From Octopus vulgaris (taxonomy: Eukaryota): DNA of 64,000 nt. This document shows positions 27,148-41,748 of this stretch, piece after piece. Every line of letters begins with the position of its first letter. Within the stretch, counting starts at the first letter, position 1. The translations under genes and the position numbers were made by a program. Under the pieces are notes generated by a model that worked only from the letters and a program-made list of their open reading frames with translations, was not told the origin of the DNA and did no database searches. The stretch spans positions 151,838,001 to 151,902,000 of the forward strand of contig OX597817.1 in assembly GCA_951406725.2 (NCBI GenBank), in the 5' to 3' direction.

Positions 27148-27719
27148 AGAATAAGTTTGTTGAATCAACTCTAGTATAAAACTAGAACAACAAATATGAG
27201 CCAACAAAGGGAAACTCTACATGGTTACATGACCTGCTTGAAACAGCAGCCAAACCACCCTTAAATCACTTCTTCCTACTGTCTCATAAGCAGAAAGTAC
27301 ACACTATTTAATGTAGACTGGGACACATTGAGAATTGAGAAACAAAATAGTTATAGCTGGAATGATTCCATTTGGGTTTGCTCAATCATACAGACCTGTT
27401 GACAACAACAACAACAACAAAACTAGCACTAATTATAATAGAAATAATTGTTTCTAACATTTAACAACTATTTTAGATAACGTAGTAGTAATTACAACTA
27501 TTTCTGGCAAAACTCTCAGATTTTTAAATGGTATTTTTACATATTGAAAAATTGGCAAAATTCTTCACCTTCAATGAAATTTAGCATGCAATATTTCCTA
27601 ATTAGATACGAAACTAAAATCTAAATTACCTTTCCCAAAGGTACATTAGTATAACTTCAATAGGAAAACAAACCCTTGGCCTTATCCTATTCACTGTTTC
27701 ATCAGTTGTTGACATAACA

Positions 27720-28119
27720 TAGGTGCAGGAGTGGCTGTGTGGTAAGTAGCTTGCTTACCAACCACATGGTTCCTGGTTCAGTTCCACTATGTGACACCTT
27801 GGGCAAGTGTCTTCTACTATAGCCTCGAACCAACCAAAGCATTGTGAGTGGATTTGGTAGATGGAAACTGAAAGAAGCCTGTCATATATATATATATATA
27901 TGTATATGTGTGTGTATGTTTGTGTGTCTGTGTTTGTCCCCTAACTTCGCTTGACAATGCTGGTGTGTTTACGTCCCCCGTAACTTAGCAGTTCGGCAAA
28001 AGAGACTGATATAGTAAGTACTAGGCTTACAAAGAATAAGTCCTGGAATCGATTTGCTCGACTAAAGGCAGTGCTCCAGCATGACCACAATCAAATGACT
28101 GAAACAAGAAAAAGAGAGA
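27720..28119 (+). mobile_element. SINE-A
   Basis: Same structure. Confidence 0.85.
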
Positions 28120-28371
28120 TGTGATTTTAAATTCTGAACTATGGAGCAATATGTTAGTCTATAATTGATATTTAGTGTCATTGCTTTAAGACTTTCAAAC
28201 AAATACACTTTTAGCAAGAAAATATTTGAGAAAAATATTTAAATTTAGAGATATTAGTCATAAGGCAGATGTATGTATGCATGTATTGCTGCTGCTACTG
28301 CTGCTGCTGGACTCTCCCTCATCACTTTGACAAATGAGGGTTCAGTGTGACTCAGCATCAGTGTTCTTTAA

Positions 28372-28585
28372 GCCTTTCGTTACCAACCCAGCTGAAACCG
28401 GCTCTGAGTACAAATGTCTTGCTTTCATAAGTTTTGAATTAAAATCTTCGATCAAACCTTAGTCACAATTTATGTTCCTATCACGAGCTTAATGATAGCT
28501 AAGTATTTTTACTAAATTCTTTGTTATATTTAAAGTAATTAAAAGAAACACAGAGCATCTCAAAATAAATACAGTAACAAAAGGG
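28372..28585. mobile_element. TTAA-flanked piggyBac-like MITE
   Basis: Same internal sequence and TIRs as 40327-40535; TTAA on both sides. Confidence 0.85.
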
Positions 28586-31500
28586 TTAATGTTTGTCCTA
28601 TCTTTGAACTTATGAAGAACATGTGATGGTGTTGGTGCTGCAACCAGCACAATGACTATTATTATAGTGGGCAAGGTTTGTGCAGAGTCAGTCCCATTCT
28701 CTCGTCTTCCAAACTTGTATTGGTCTGGTACAAGTGCCACGAACCCAGTAGTTGTTAGGGTGCAGGATCTGTATTGAGTTACCTTCTCTTAGACAAGCGG
28801 CTAAAGAGCTGAAAAGCTTCTTCTTCCCTAGGTTTGTTGGGTGAGTGTGAGCGACCTTCTTATAGAGACAATTCCATGACCACTGGGACCCCGAGAGGGG
28901 CTACTACCTGTGGTCACAATAGACCTAGGAACAATAATGGCTAAAAAAAAAACGGTTCCATATTCCTCAAAACCCCTGACCTGAATCAGGTCTCCACTAC
29001 TGGATGCAGTTTAAAGATATACACATGCACATACATGTATGTATGTATGTATATATAGATAGATGGATAGAAAGAGAGGCGGGGCATTTTTTAGTAAAAC
29101 AGCTCTTTGTTACACGTTTCCATTTTTTTTAAAGTTAAGGTTGGTTTGGAACTCTAGTGATTAATATAATACAGATAATTTGGTAGTAATGAGGGGTTTT
29201 TTTAGCAACTTTTTTTAAAAAGAAACGCCTTGCGAACAACCTACAAATTCAAAATAATAATAATATTGACTAATTTTTGTCATTTATTCTGGAATATTAA
29301 TAGCTCAAATTTTCATATAGTTTATCTGAGACAATGAATGGGGAAATCTTATGACTTTAAAGCACTACAATAAATGCAGATGAAACTGATATTGCAGGGA
29401 TTCGTGCTGACTGATTTATTAGGATCTAAAATTAGATATTACAAGTTGAACTACAGAAAATGACAGAAAAGATTTTATAGAAGAAATATTGAGCAAAATA
29501 CATTGTTAAAATAATGATAAAAATATTTTATAAAAAAGTAATAAACTTTAAACTTCTCAAGTTAAAAAGCAATATATTTCTTGGTATTTAAATACTTAAC
29601 AGACGTTTTAGTAAATGTAAACTAAGAATGAATGGAAACACATTAATTACTGTTTTAACAACTCATTATAACAATAATTTGATAATAGCCAATATGAATC
29701 TAATTATACATCTAATTATTTTCTTGAAAATTTAATTCATATTTCACATATTCACTTATATATATATATGTACACACACATACATACATACATACACATA
29801 TATGCATATTTAAATGTGTGTTGTGTGTATTACATCAACTCATACTTATGTGTATCATATTTACATATATATTATTGTGTTTTTACATCTACATACATAT
29901 ATGTATTACACCATATATGTATTACATATATGTATTACCCCCAACAAATATATTATTATGTGCAAAATAACCTTTAAAATTTCATGGCTGAAAAGCAAAC
30001 CCACTGTTCATTTGTTGAAAACGACCCCCTTTGGCATATTTAAAAGCGGGTTTCAAATTTGATGTTCTTCCAAAATTTTTGTTATTAGTTGGTTGTCTTT
30101 CATTTAACAACCTCTGTTGGTAACTAATTCCAGTTTTTATGTATTTTATTCAAAACTTGTTTGCTGCTTTGTAAGCTGGTTGCATTGCTTCTACAATAAC
30201 TTATGTAAACAACCTCTTAAGACTGGTGGAATTCTAAGATTCCTTGTTTGTTGAGGTTGGTTTTCCTGTTATCATTTTATAGTCATTTATCTTCTGTCTG
30301 TGGAAAACTGAAAGCAACAAGCGCCTTAAGTCTGGCCTCATATGGCAGATGTAAATTAACTGTGTGAATATGCATTACATTTACATGTGTGCTATATTTA
30401 TAATATTTACACATTATGTTAACATGTATGTATATGATCTGTCTCTACTCATATATTTCCCTCTGTGTGTGTACTACATGCACCACATCTTCATTAACCT
30501 TAATGTGTGTACATTAACCGTGATACATCAACAAATTTTAATCATCTACAATAGCATTAATCATTTGTTTACTGTGTGTATATATATATTTATATATATA
30601 TACATACATATATTATATATATACTTATAATATAATATAATATAAAATAAATAAATATAAGAGAGTGGTCACTATATTGATCACTCTAGCACCAGTTAAT
30701 CCAAAAGGTTTCAACCACGAAAAATACATGTTTCCCATGAAAGCCAGTACGACTGTTAGCTCACACGGACAGGGCAAATAAAAAATAACAAAAATACAGA
30801 TTATTTTGGGACAATTGTTTCGCTATTAATGAATTAATTCATTTAGGCCACTTGGTGTGGAATAAATATACTATTAAATTAGTATCTACTTCTCTCACCC
30901 TTATTTAATTAATTATATATATACTTATATATGTATGTATATACATATATATATTATATATATACTTATATATGTATGTATATACATATATTATATATAT
31001 ATATATGCAGTGGGTCATGGGTATGAAAACAACATTTTGGTTCTGAGAGTCTAAAAAGAAAATTATATAAGAATCCTCTAATATCATATTAGCATATTAA
31101 AAATAAATTCCAATATATTTCCCAAATTTGAAGCTAATTCTCTTGAAATTCTATCTCACTTTTTTGTAAAGCTTCATGAATTTTATTAATTAATTACTAT
31201 TTTTTTTTTTTGCAGAAATTACTCATTTTGCTTTAAATATTTTCAAAAGAAATTTCATACATCTGAACTTATTTGTTTTTATTTTGTTTACTTTTTTTCT
31301 GTCATTCAAAATTTCAAAATATCCGAATATTCATAACAAAGGATTCTATAATTTTTTTCTACACTTTTTAAAGTTAGTTTTTTATTTTTAAAATTTTATT
31401 TCTTTCAATACGGTGAGTTTACTTTGAAATTAGGTGAAAGTAAATTTTATATTCACAAAGTAAAAGGATAAACTTCACCAAGATAAAATTTTGGCATTGG

Positions 31501-31876
31501 TTATCTCAGAGTTTCCGCAAGAAATGTATCTGTACCAATTGTTGTTGATTAAATAATTTTCTTTCGTTTTTTTTTTTTTCCTTTCCCAAGTCAAACCATT
31601 TCGCTTCATTGAAAAATTATCTACATGAGCAGGTGATGATATGCAACAGCATGAAATGACATGCAGTGACATGCAATAATTTTGCCACAATGTTTCAACA
31701 TTTTGTGAGATTTAAAAACTGAAATATAACAACATGTATCTACAAACAGTCGATGAATAAAGACACATTTGGAGACTAAATGAGAAGGAACAAGACTATT
31801 TATTCAAAATTACAAATAAATCCCAAGTTGTTTATTGTGCACTGCTGTAAGTAGGTATGCAGCACTGTACACCGTG

Positions 31877-31914
<38 letters not shown>

Positions 31915-32379
31915 GTACAAAGCATAACTATATAAACATATATGATTATTATTATTATAACCCTGGAAAAACTCTTTGGCAATATATATTGAATTGTATT
32001 ATAGCTGCAACATGCAAAAGCAATCAATACATTTTCCCACCTCTCAGGCTGGATATTAAGTTGGAATTCGGTTCCGGGAAATTTCACGGAGATTTAGCAA
32101 AGAATTTGAGTTAAAATGAGATAAATATCAGGTTCTATGGCAGTTTTCAGTGGATGTTCATCATATTTAATTTGATATTGAAATTCTGAAAATTCATGTA
32201 TTTCAAAACACAAGCTGAGAATAAATTATGCAACTGAATTAAATTAAAAGTTACTTTCATTTTAAAAAGAAACGATACGCAAAGAATAACCTGAAAAAAA
32301 AAATCACTTATTAAAATCACAAATATACTACATAAAATAATACCTAGGCTTTTGCAAAATTTACTGCTGAAAAAATATG

Positions 32380-32621
32380 AATATGTGTGTATCTATATAT
32401 ATATATATATATATATATTTACATGTATATATCTATAATATATATGTGTATATCTATAATATATATGTATATATTTATATACATATATATTCATATATAC
32501 ATATGTAGTTATATATCTTTATATACATACATATATATGCGTGTATACATACATGCATGTGTGTGTGTATTCACATGCACACACACATATATATACATAT
32601 AATATAGATATGTAGACATAA

Positions 32622-32663
<42 letters not shown>

Positions 32664-32943
32664 TGTATGTATGTGTGTATATATGTATGTATACACACAT
32701 GCATTATGTGATAAATTTTATATCTAACTGTTGTTATCAAAAACAACATTGGCAGCTTGGATGGCTTTACAATACTACAAAATATTAATTATGTAATATG
32801 AACCGTAACAAAACTTCTTAGCTTTTGTACATATATATGTGAATATACACACATACATGTATGTACATGTATATATATGTGTGTGTATGAGTGCATATGT
32901 AAATATATGTGTGCGTGTATGTACATATATATATATACACACA

Positions 32944-32990
<47 letters not shown>

Positions 32991-33075
32991 ATATATATAT
33001 ATATATATACACACACACATGCAAGTACATATACATATGCATATATATGTGTGTATTTGCATGTGTGTATATACA
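32380..33075. repeat. TA/TG/CA microsatellite cluster
   Basis: Directly visible. Confidence 0.9.
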
Positions 33076-33189
33076 CAGACATCTCAAAAGTAAACAGGCA
33101 TCATTATTTTTGATGCATACTTGAAGCTCTATGTAGTGTTTGCACAGATAAAACAGTATCACATTGGGTGTCTATTTACTCTTAAGATA

Positions 33190-35024
33190 TATGTGTATAT
33201 AATTATGTGTGTTTATATATGTATATATATGCATGTGTGTGTATGTATATATATATATATGGGTGTGTGCATATGTATATATGTATGTAGATGTATATAT
33301 ATATATATGCATGTGTGTATGTATTTATGTATGTATCTATGTATTTATATGTATGTATATATGTATGTATATATATATATCTATATGTATGTATATATAT
33401 ATATCTATATGTATATATGTATCTATATGTATGTATATATATGTATCTATATGTATATATATATATATGTATATATGTATCTATCTATATATATGTATCT
33501 ATCTATATATATGTATCTATCTATATATATGTATCTATATATATATGTATCTATATATATATGTATGTATATATATCTATATGTATCTATATATATATGT
33601 ATGTATATATGTATCTATATATGTATATGTATCTATATATGTATGTATATATGTATCTATATATATGTATGTATATATGTATCTATATATATATATGTAT
33701 GTATATATGTATCTATATATATATATGTATGTATATATGTATCTATATATATATGTATGTATATATGTATCTATATATGTATGTATGTATATATGTATCT
33801 ATATATATATGTATGTATGAATATATGTATCTATATATGTATGTATGTATATATGTATCTATATATGTATGTATGTATATATGTATCTATATGTGTATGT
33901 ATGTATATATGTATCTATATATATATGTATGTATGTATATATGTATCTATATATATATGTATGTATGTATATATATATATCTATATATATATGTATGTAT
34001 GTATATATATATCTATATATGTATGTATGTATGTATATATATATATGTATGTATGTATGTATATATCTATATATATATGTATGTATGTGTATATATATCT
34101 ATATATATATGTATGTATGTGTATATATATCTATATATATATGTATGTATGTATATATATATCTATATATATATGTATGTATGTATATATATATCTATAT
34201 ATATATGTATATATGTATATATGTATCTATATATATATGTATGTATGTATATATGTATCTATCTATCTATCTATATATATATATATGTATGTATGTATAT
34301 ATGTATCTATCTATCTATCTATATATATATATGTATGTATGTATATATGTATCTATATATATGTATGTATATATGTATCTATCTATATATATATATATAT
34401 GTATGTATATATGTATGTATATATGTATGTATCTATATATATATATATATGTATGTATATATGTATGTATCTATCTATCTATATATATATATGTATGTAT
34501 ATATGTATGTATATATGTATCTATCTATATATATATATGTATATATGTATGTATATATGTATCTATCTATATATATATGATGTATATATGTATATATGTA
34601 TGTATATATGTATCTATCTATATATATATGATGTATATATGTATCTATCTATATATATATATGTATGTATATATGTATGTGTATATATGTATGTATATAT
34701 ATGTATCTATATATATGTATCTATATATATGTATATATGTATCTATATATATGTATATATGTATCTATATATATGTATGTATGTATCTATATATATGTAT
34801 GTATGTATCTATATATGTATGTATATATGTATATATGTATATATGTATATATATGTGTATATATGTGTGTATATATATGTGTATATATGTATATATATAT
34901 ATATGTATGTATATGTATATGTATATATATGTATATATATATATGTATATATATGTATATATATATGTGTATATATATGTATATGTATATATATGTATAT
35001 GTATATATATGTATATGTATATAT

Positions 35025-35056
<32 letters not shown>

Positions 35057-35071
35057 GTATATATATATGTG

Positions 35072-35109
<38 letters not shown>

Positions 35110-35115
35110 TATGTG

Positions 35116-35152
<37 letters not shown>

Positions 35153-35157
35153 GTGTG

Positions 35158-35208
<51 letters not shown>

Positions 35209-35620
35209 GTATGTGTATATATATGTATGTGTATATATATATATATGTATATATATGTATGTATATATATATGTATGTATGTATGTATGTATATGTATGT
35301 ATGTATGTATATGTATGTATGTATGTATATATATGTATGTATGTATACATGTATGTATATATGTATGTATGTATGTATATATGTATGTATATATATCTGT
35401 ATGTATATCTATATGTATATGTATGTATATCTATATGTATATGTATGTATATATATCTATATGTATATATATGTATGTACATATATATATGTATGTATAT
35501 ATATCTATATGTATATATATGTATGTATATATATCTATATGTATATGTATGTATGTATATATATCTATATGTATATATATGTATGTTCATATATATATAT
35601 ATGTATGTACATATATCTGT

Positions 35621-35655
<35 letters not shown>
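33190..35655. repeat. 2.45-kb complex microsatellite (TA/TATG/TATC)
   Basis: Continuous mosaic of TA, TATG and TATC units; source of the spurious 300-833 aa ORFs. Confidence 0.95.
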
Positions 35656-35657
<2 letters not shown>

Positions 35658-36314
35658 AATATACTCTGTAATTCTTTTTGCTCAAACATGATTTCATTGT
35701 TGTTTTTGTTTAATAAAACTACTATTCACTAATCAATGTTGTTTTCTCTTATTGATCTCCATCAATCATCCTGTATAAACATAGAACGGCAGCACCCTCG
35801 TTAGAAATGTTTTGTGATTTTTTTTTCCTAACATTCTTTTTATACTTCTAATTTGTTTCTTGTTGTTTTTTTTTGTGTGTGTGTGTTCTCTTGTAAACAA
35901 CATTCCCAAATTCCTAAGCATCTTATTTAAATGATTTCAAAACTGATGGAGAGATTTGAAAGTAATAACAATAATAATAACTGAATCAACAACATACTGT
36001 CCAAATTTATATTGTTGAATTCTTTGATTGTATCTTAACACTCTGACACCCTCATATATATTCTGTTTTGGAATGAACCATTTGTATGCAGCCGTTTGGA
36101 CGCTGACAAGCGAGCACGACTGATTGGACATTCAGCTTGTTTCAGTGACAGTACTCTTTGGAGTTGGGAGTAAACACATCCCACACAGCTGCGTGTACAC
36201 ACAATGCATGTACGTGCAATGATTATACACACACGACGTGTGTGCATGCACAAGTGCAGAAATGTAAATGCAGAAAGATTGAGAGAGAGAGAGAGAGAGA
36301 GAGATTATTAAAAT

Positions 36315-36850
36315 AGGCACAGGAGTGGCTGTATTGTAAATAGCTTGCTTACCAACCACATGATTTTGGGTTCTGTCCCACTGCGTGGCACCTTGGGCAA
36401 GTATCTTCTACTATAGCCTCAGGCTGACCAAAGCCTTGTGAGTGGATTTGGTAGACTGGCGTCCATGCTAGTGGGGTGCAAAGAGCACCATACAAGTGTG
36501 ATCATTGACAGAGTGGTTAACCGTCTTCCATGCCAGTGGCACTTAAAAGGCACTTTTGAGCATGATCATTACCAGCGTCACACTACTGGCACTCAAGCCC
36601 CGTGCTAGTAGGGTATTAAGAGCACCTGCCATGTGTTTGTGTATTTGTGTTTGTCCCCCTAACATCATCTGACAACCAATGCTGGTGTGTTTATGTCCCC
36701 ATAACTTAATGATTCAGCAAAAAGAGACTGATAGAATTAGTACTAGGCTTACAAAGAATAAGTCCTGGGGTCGATTTGCTAAACTAAAAAAAAAAAAAGG
36801 CGGTGCTCTTTGGCCGCAGTCAAATGACTGAAACAAGTAAAAAAAATAAA
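36315..36850 (+). mobile_element. SINE-A whose central microsatellite is replaced by an RTE-3'UTR-like segment (about 36457-36625)
   Basis: Insert matches 43170-43320 (gctagtggggtgcaaagagcaccatacaagtgtgatc). Confidence 0.75.
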
Positions 36851-38189
36851 AGGAAAACTTTGGCACAAGGCCAGCAACTTTGGAGGAGGGTATAAGTCTA
36901 TAACATCAACCCTAGTCATCAACCCCAAAAGGATAAAAGGCAAAGTCAACCTCAGTGAAATTTGAACTCAGAATGTAAAGACAAATGAAAGGTCACTAAG
37001 CATTTTTCCCAGTGTGCTAACAGTTCTGCCAGCAATTTATTAATTGAGCATGATTGGTTGGAGCACTTACCTTCTCCTCATACATATAATGAGAAATATG
37101 CTCACATATATAAACAGAGAGAAGGACTGGGAGGAGGGAACAAATAGGAGAAACATTAAAAACATGATAACAGCCATTGGACAGTGACCATGTTGGGGCC
37201 CCGCCTTGAAGGGTTTTAGTCAAATAAATTGACTCCAGTACTTGTGTTTTACGTTTGGTATTTTTGCCAGTGCCCTTTAACTGGCTCCCATACCAGTGGC
37301 ACGTAAAAAGCACCATACGAATGTAGTTGATGCCAGCACCCCCTGACTGGCTCCTGTGCCAGTGGGATGTAAAAAGCTAACGTTTCTGCCAGCTTGCTGC
37401 CCAAGATATATATATGTATGTATGTATGTATGTATGCATGCATGCATCTGTGTGTGTTTGTGTGTGTGTGTCTTCGTGTCTATGTTTGTCTCTACCCCTG
37501 CTTGACAACCAATATTGGTGTGTTTATACCCAAGAAACTTAGCAGTTCAGCAAACAAGACCAATAGAATAAGAACAAGGTTAAAAAAAGCACTGGTATCA
37601 ATTCATTCAACTAAACATTCCTCAAGGCAATGCTCCAGCATGGCTGCAGTCTAATGTCAGAAATAAGTAATAGATAAAAAGATAAAAGATTTGTTGCAAT
37701 TAGTATGACTACATTTACCTTGTTATAAATCATGTAACTGAAATAAAAATAAATATAAAAACCAGTTTCATCTATAAAATAATAAAAAGAAATTGATACT
37801 TATCATAGTCAATATAAACAAAAGAGCCATTTCTAAGAGGTCTTCTTGCAAACTACCTTGGCATCAGATGACAGCATCTATATAAGAGGCCATAATGGAC
37901 ATGTTCTTCTTGACTTGTCTTGAGACAGCATTCACCCGGGGTGGGTTGAGCTGGATTCATTCATCCTCAATGCTGCATCTCTCACAAACGCTGACTGGAC
38001 CTGGCAATTTGAGGCTAATGACCACGTGATCTCCAACCACTCCTTATTCCAGTGGCGAAAGTCGTAGATATGGGGGCCTAGGTTGGGTTCCAGATCAGCC
38101 TTGACTGTCATCAGCCAGGTTTCTCATTGTCCACCACATCGCTTTCGCCAACCCTGGACGGGAGTTGAGGCAATTGCTTCATAGATGAA

Positions 38190-40280
38190 TTCTCCTGGTT
38201 GAGAAATGGACATGTTGGACAATATCAAGATGGCTTCTCAGATGTAGATGGAAGTTATGGCTATTGTACAAAGAATGAAGAAGGATTAAGGTTCTCAAAG
38301 TTCTGTGTTGCAAGGGATTTAATCATTTACAGCGCCAGTCCCAGAAAATTGGGTAACAACTTAATAACCTGCCACTCAGGTGAATACATCTGATAGACTT
38401 CATATTCTTCAGGAAATTGGATTGCCAAATGGTTGTGAATGGTAGGTTTTTCTCAGTTGCTAGATGGGCTCAAAGAAACAAGAGAGATTGGAGAAGAAAA
38501 GCATGGAAGCTGATAGATGCTTCTACCACACTTAATAACAAGGCAATATGGAGGCGGTGGAGGTGGAGAATTATGAAATAGAGAACAATTGGGAGTTTCT
38601 ATAAGAGAATCTATTGTCAACTACAGAATAAACAGCTGGAGCGAGGTTTCAGTCAGGATAAGAGATAGGCATAGAAAGAGAAAGAGAAAAGGAGAGAGGG
38701 GTGAAAGAGAGAGAGAGAGAGAGCAAGAAGAGAAGCCAGATGCCAAGTTATATTGAACAAAAGAAGAAGCCAATTTCAAGAGGTTCAATGATTTTCTACA
38801 CTGTAAGAATCAGAGGTGTGAAGAGATGTTCTGAATGACAAAGCAGTGTGTCAGTTGAATCAAGACATGGTGAAGAGTGTGAATGTAATCTCCTCATTTA
38901 TACTGAGAAGAAAGAGACAAGAAATGTTATGAAGAGTACTTGTTGAACCCAGAGTATGTGTGGGGAAAGAAAGGAGCATCCTAAGTAGCCCCAAAAGAGG
39001 GGTCAGCAGTTGAGGTTGACCACTATGCAGTTGAAAGAGCCGTTGAGGATATGAATGTAAGGAGAGCAGCAGTGTATCAAAAATAGTTGTTTGGCAAAGT
39101 GAGGCAGACCAGTCCATGAAATAGTGCTGAGAAATGTTATCCCCAACAAATAACATAGTGACAGCCTCACCAACAGATACAAAAACAGAGGAAATGTTTT
39201 TGAAAGGAACAAATACAAAGATATAAATAAATGCCCAAATATGAAAATGTCAGGAAGTTATAGTATTATAGCTAAGTAGACTGAGAATTAACTGAGATGC
39301 AGTTTGAGTTTCTGTCAGAACAAAGAATCACCAATGCCCATTTTTACTTTGACATCAACTGAAGTGCTTCGCTAATAGCAAACTACTTTATCTTGTAGTT
39401 GGTTCCAAGTTCAGTCCCACTGCATGGCACCTTGGGCAAGTGTCTTCTACTATAGCCACGGGCCGACCAAAGCCATGTGAGTGGATTTGGTAGACAGAAA
39501 CTGAAAGAAGCGCATCATATTTATGTATATATGTGTGTATGTGGGAGGGGGGGGCATATGTTTGTGTGTTTGTCCCCCCAACATCGCTTGACAACTGATG
39601 CTGGTGTGTTTACGTCCCCGTAACTTAGCGGTTCAGCAAAAGAGACTGATAGAATAAGTGCTAGGCTTACAAAGAATAAGTCCTGGGGTCAATTTGCTCA
39701 ACTAAAGGTGGTGCTCCAGCATGGCCACAGTCACATGACTGAAACAAGTAAAAGAGTTGTATTTATTCATCTTGAGAAAGCCCTTTCACAGGATACCAAG
39801 CTTTTTGTTCTGATAGTCACAATGAAAACTGGGCATCAATGAATAGTTTGTGCAAACCACGTGCAGAAAAATTGTCAGCAAAGTGAGAGTTAGCAATAAG
39901 TTTAGTGAAGAATTTAGGTAGATGTCTATCAGCGCTCAGTGCTATGTCCTCACTTGTTTATTCTAGTTCTGTCAATGACAGGGGAGCTTGAGGTTGGCTA
40001 TTCATGGGAATATCTGAATGCCAACATCATAGTTGTCAAAGTAAAAAATGTTAAAAATCAAAAGAAAAGTTTTAAACATGGAAGCAAAATCTAGAATCTT
40101 GAGGTTTAAAGATTGACCTGTCAAATATATTTTAGTTAAAAGGAATTAACTATCATCTGGCAAATGGTCATACTTGATATGGGGAAAAGAAATAAATAGA
40201 AACTATATACTGAACACAGAATGGAAATATAGGTATACAAAATGTCTAAGAGATTCCAGGCAGGTTGACAAAGAACTCCA
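38190..40280 (+). mobile_element. Highly degenerate RTE LINE relic
   Basis: NGHVG..DGF..VDGSYGY..KNEEGLR..KFC at 38199-38393; remnants of RT motifs near 39300 and 39770-40030. Confidence 0.6.
39400..39756 (+). mobile_element. SINE-A (5'-truncated) inserted in an RTE relic
   Basis: Body and tail of family A interrupting degenerate RT sequence. Confidence 0.8.
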
Positions 40281-40284
40281 GATG

Positions 40285-41302
40285 TACGAGGTAGTATCTA
40301 AAGGTTCCTGGACAAGTTATGTTTAACCCTTTTGTTACCAACCCGGCTGAAACCGGCTCTGGCTCTGTTGTACAAATGTCTTGTTTCCATAAGTTTTAAA
40401 TTAAAATCTTAGTCACAATTTATGTTCCTAATACAAGCTGAATGGTAACTAAGTTATTTTACTAATTTCTTTGTTATATTTAAAGTACTTGAAAGAAACA
40501 CAGAAGATCTCAAAATAAATACAGTAACGAAAGGGTTAATAAAAAAAAAAACTTATCTACCAAAGTTTTATCATCATCTCCTTTGAAATAGTTACCTTGT
40601 GCAGTAATGCACCAGTGCCAAGTTCCTGCCATTTTTGGAATCCTATTCTGTAAGTCAGTCAAGGACCTTCTACAGTTCACACTGGACCTCAACAACAGTG
40701 TTAAAATGACGACCTTTGAGCTGCAATTTCACATTGGGGAAGAGGTGGAAGTCTGCAGGTACTAAATTCGGTGAATAGGATGGGTGCAGAAGTAATACCA
40801 TGTTGCTTTTTGGCAAGAAACTCATGAGTGAGGAGAGTTCGGTAACAGGGTGAATTGTTGTCATGAAGAATCCAATTCTTCACACTCCACAGATTCAGTT
40901 GCTTTCACCAAATGTCCTCTCTCAAACACTTTAAAACATCACAGTAGAACTCTCAGGTGATGGTGTGGCCCTGGAAGATGTTGAAAAAAACAATGAGCAC
41001 TCTCTTGAGTGAGCTACGTGCTTTTTGAAGCACTCATGCCACCTGAAACACTGCATACAACCCATTGCCATAAGTTTGCCAAAACATGCTCAATGTCTCT
41101 GTAGCAGACTGCCTAAGTTTAACACCAAATTTCATATTGACTCTGTTTCAACTTCCTATGACAAAAATCACAGACTACAGCATACACATGATCACAAAAA
41201 CACAAATTTCACAATTTGCGAGGTAAACACAATGATGTCACTCAGCACACTGCCTCATGAAGGTCACTGCTAGCTCTCACCACACACGCAACTATGTGCT
41301 GC
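40285..41302 (-). mobile_element. Mariner (Tc1/mariner) transposon relic, one end missing
   Basis: WILHDNNSPC and HPSYSPNLVPADFHLFP match the mariner HDNA and YSPDLAPxD motifs; TA + cgaggtagtatctaaag terminal sequence at 40285. Confidence 0.8.
40327..40535. mobile_element. TTAA-flanked piggyBac-like MITE nested in the mariner
   Basis: TTAA-cccttttgttac ... gtaacgaaaggg-TTAA. Confidence 0.85.
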
Positions 41303-41364
41303 CACACCCACAGAAGTTGAATTTTCTGTTTTGACAGGGTGTTTTCATTTTTTTTTTTCAACCA

Positions 41365-41748
41365 CAGGCGCAGGAGTGGCTGTGTGGTAAGTAGCTTGCT
41401 TACCAACCACATGGTTCTGGGTTCAATCCCACTGCGTGGCACCTTGGACAAGTGTCTTCTACTATAGCCTCGGGCCGACCAAAGCCTTGTGAGTGGATTT
41501 GGTAGACGGAAACTGAAAGAAACCCGTCATATATATGTATATATATAAGCATATGTGTATATGTTGTGTATGTGTTTGTCCCACCAACATTGCTTGACAA
41601 CCGATGCTGGTGTGTGTAGGTCCCTATAACTTAGCAGTTCGGCAAAAGAGATCGATAGAATAAGCCCTGGGGTCGATTTGATTCGACTAAAGGTGATGCT
41701 CCAGCATGGCCACAGTTAAATGACTGAATGAAATAAGAGAATAAAAGA
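41365..41748 (+). mobile_element. SINE-A
   Basis: Same structure. Confidence 0.85.

Noticed and set aside
33121-35732. ORFs of 300-833 aa rich in Y/I/C/M/V
   Set aside because: Translations of TA/TG/TC microsatellite that lacks stop codons; open in several frames and on both strands
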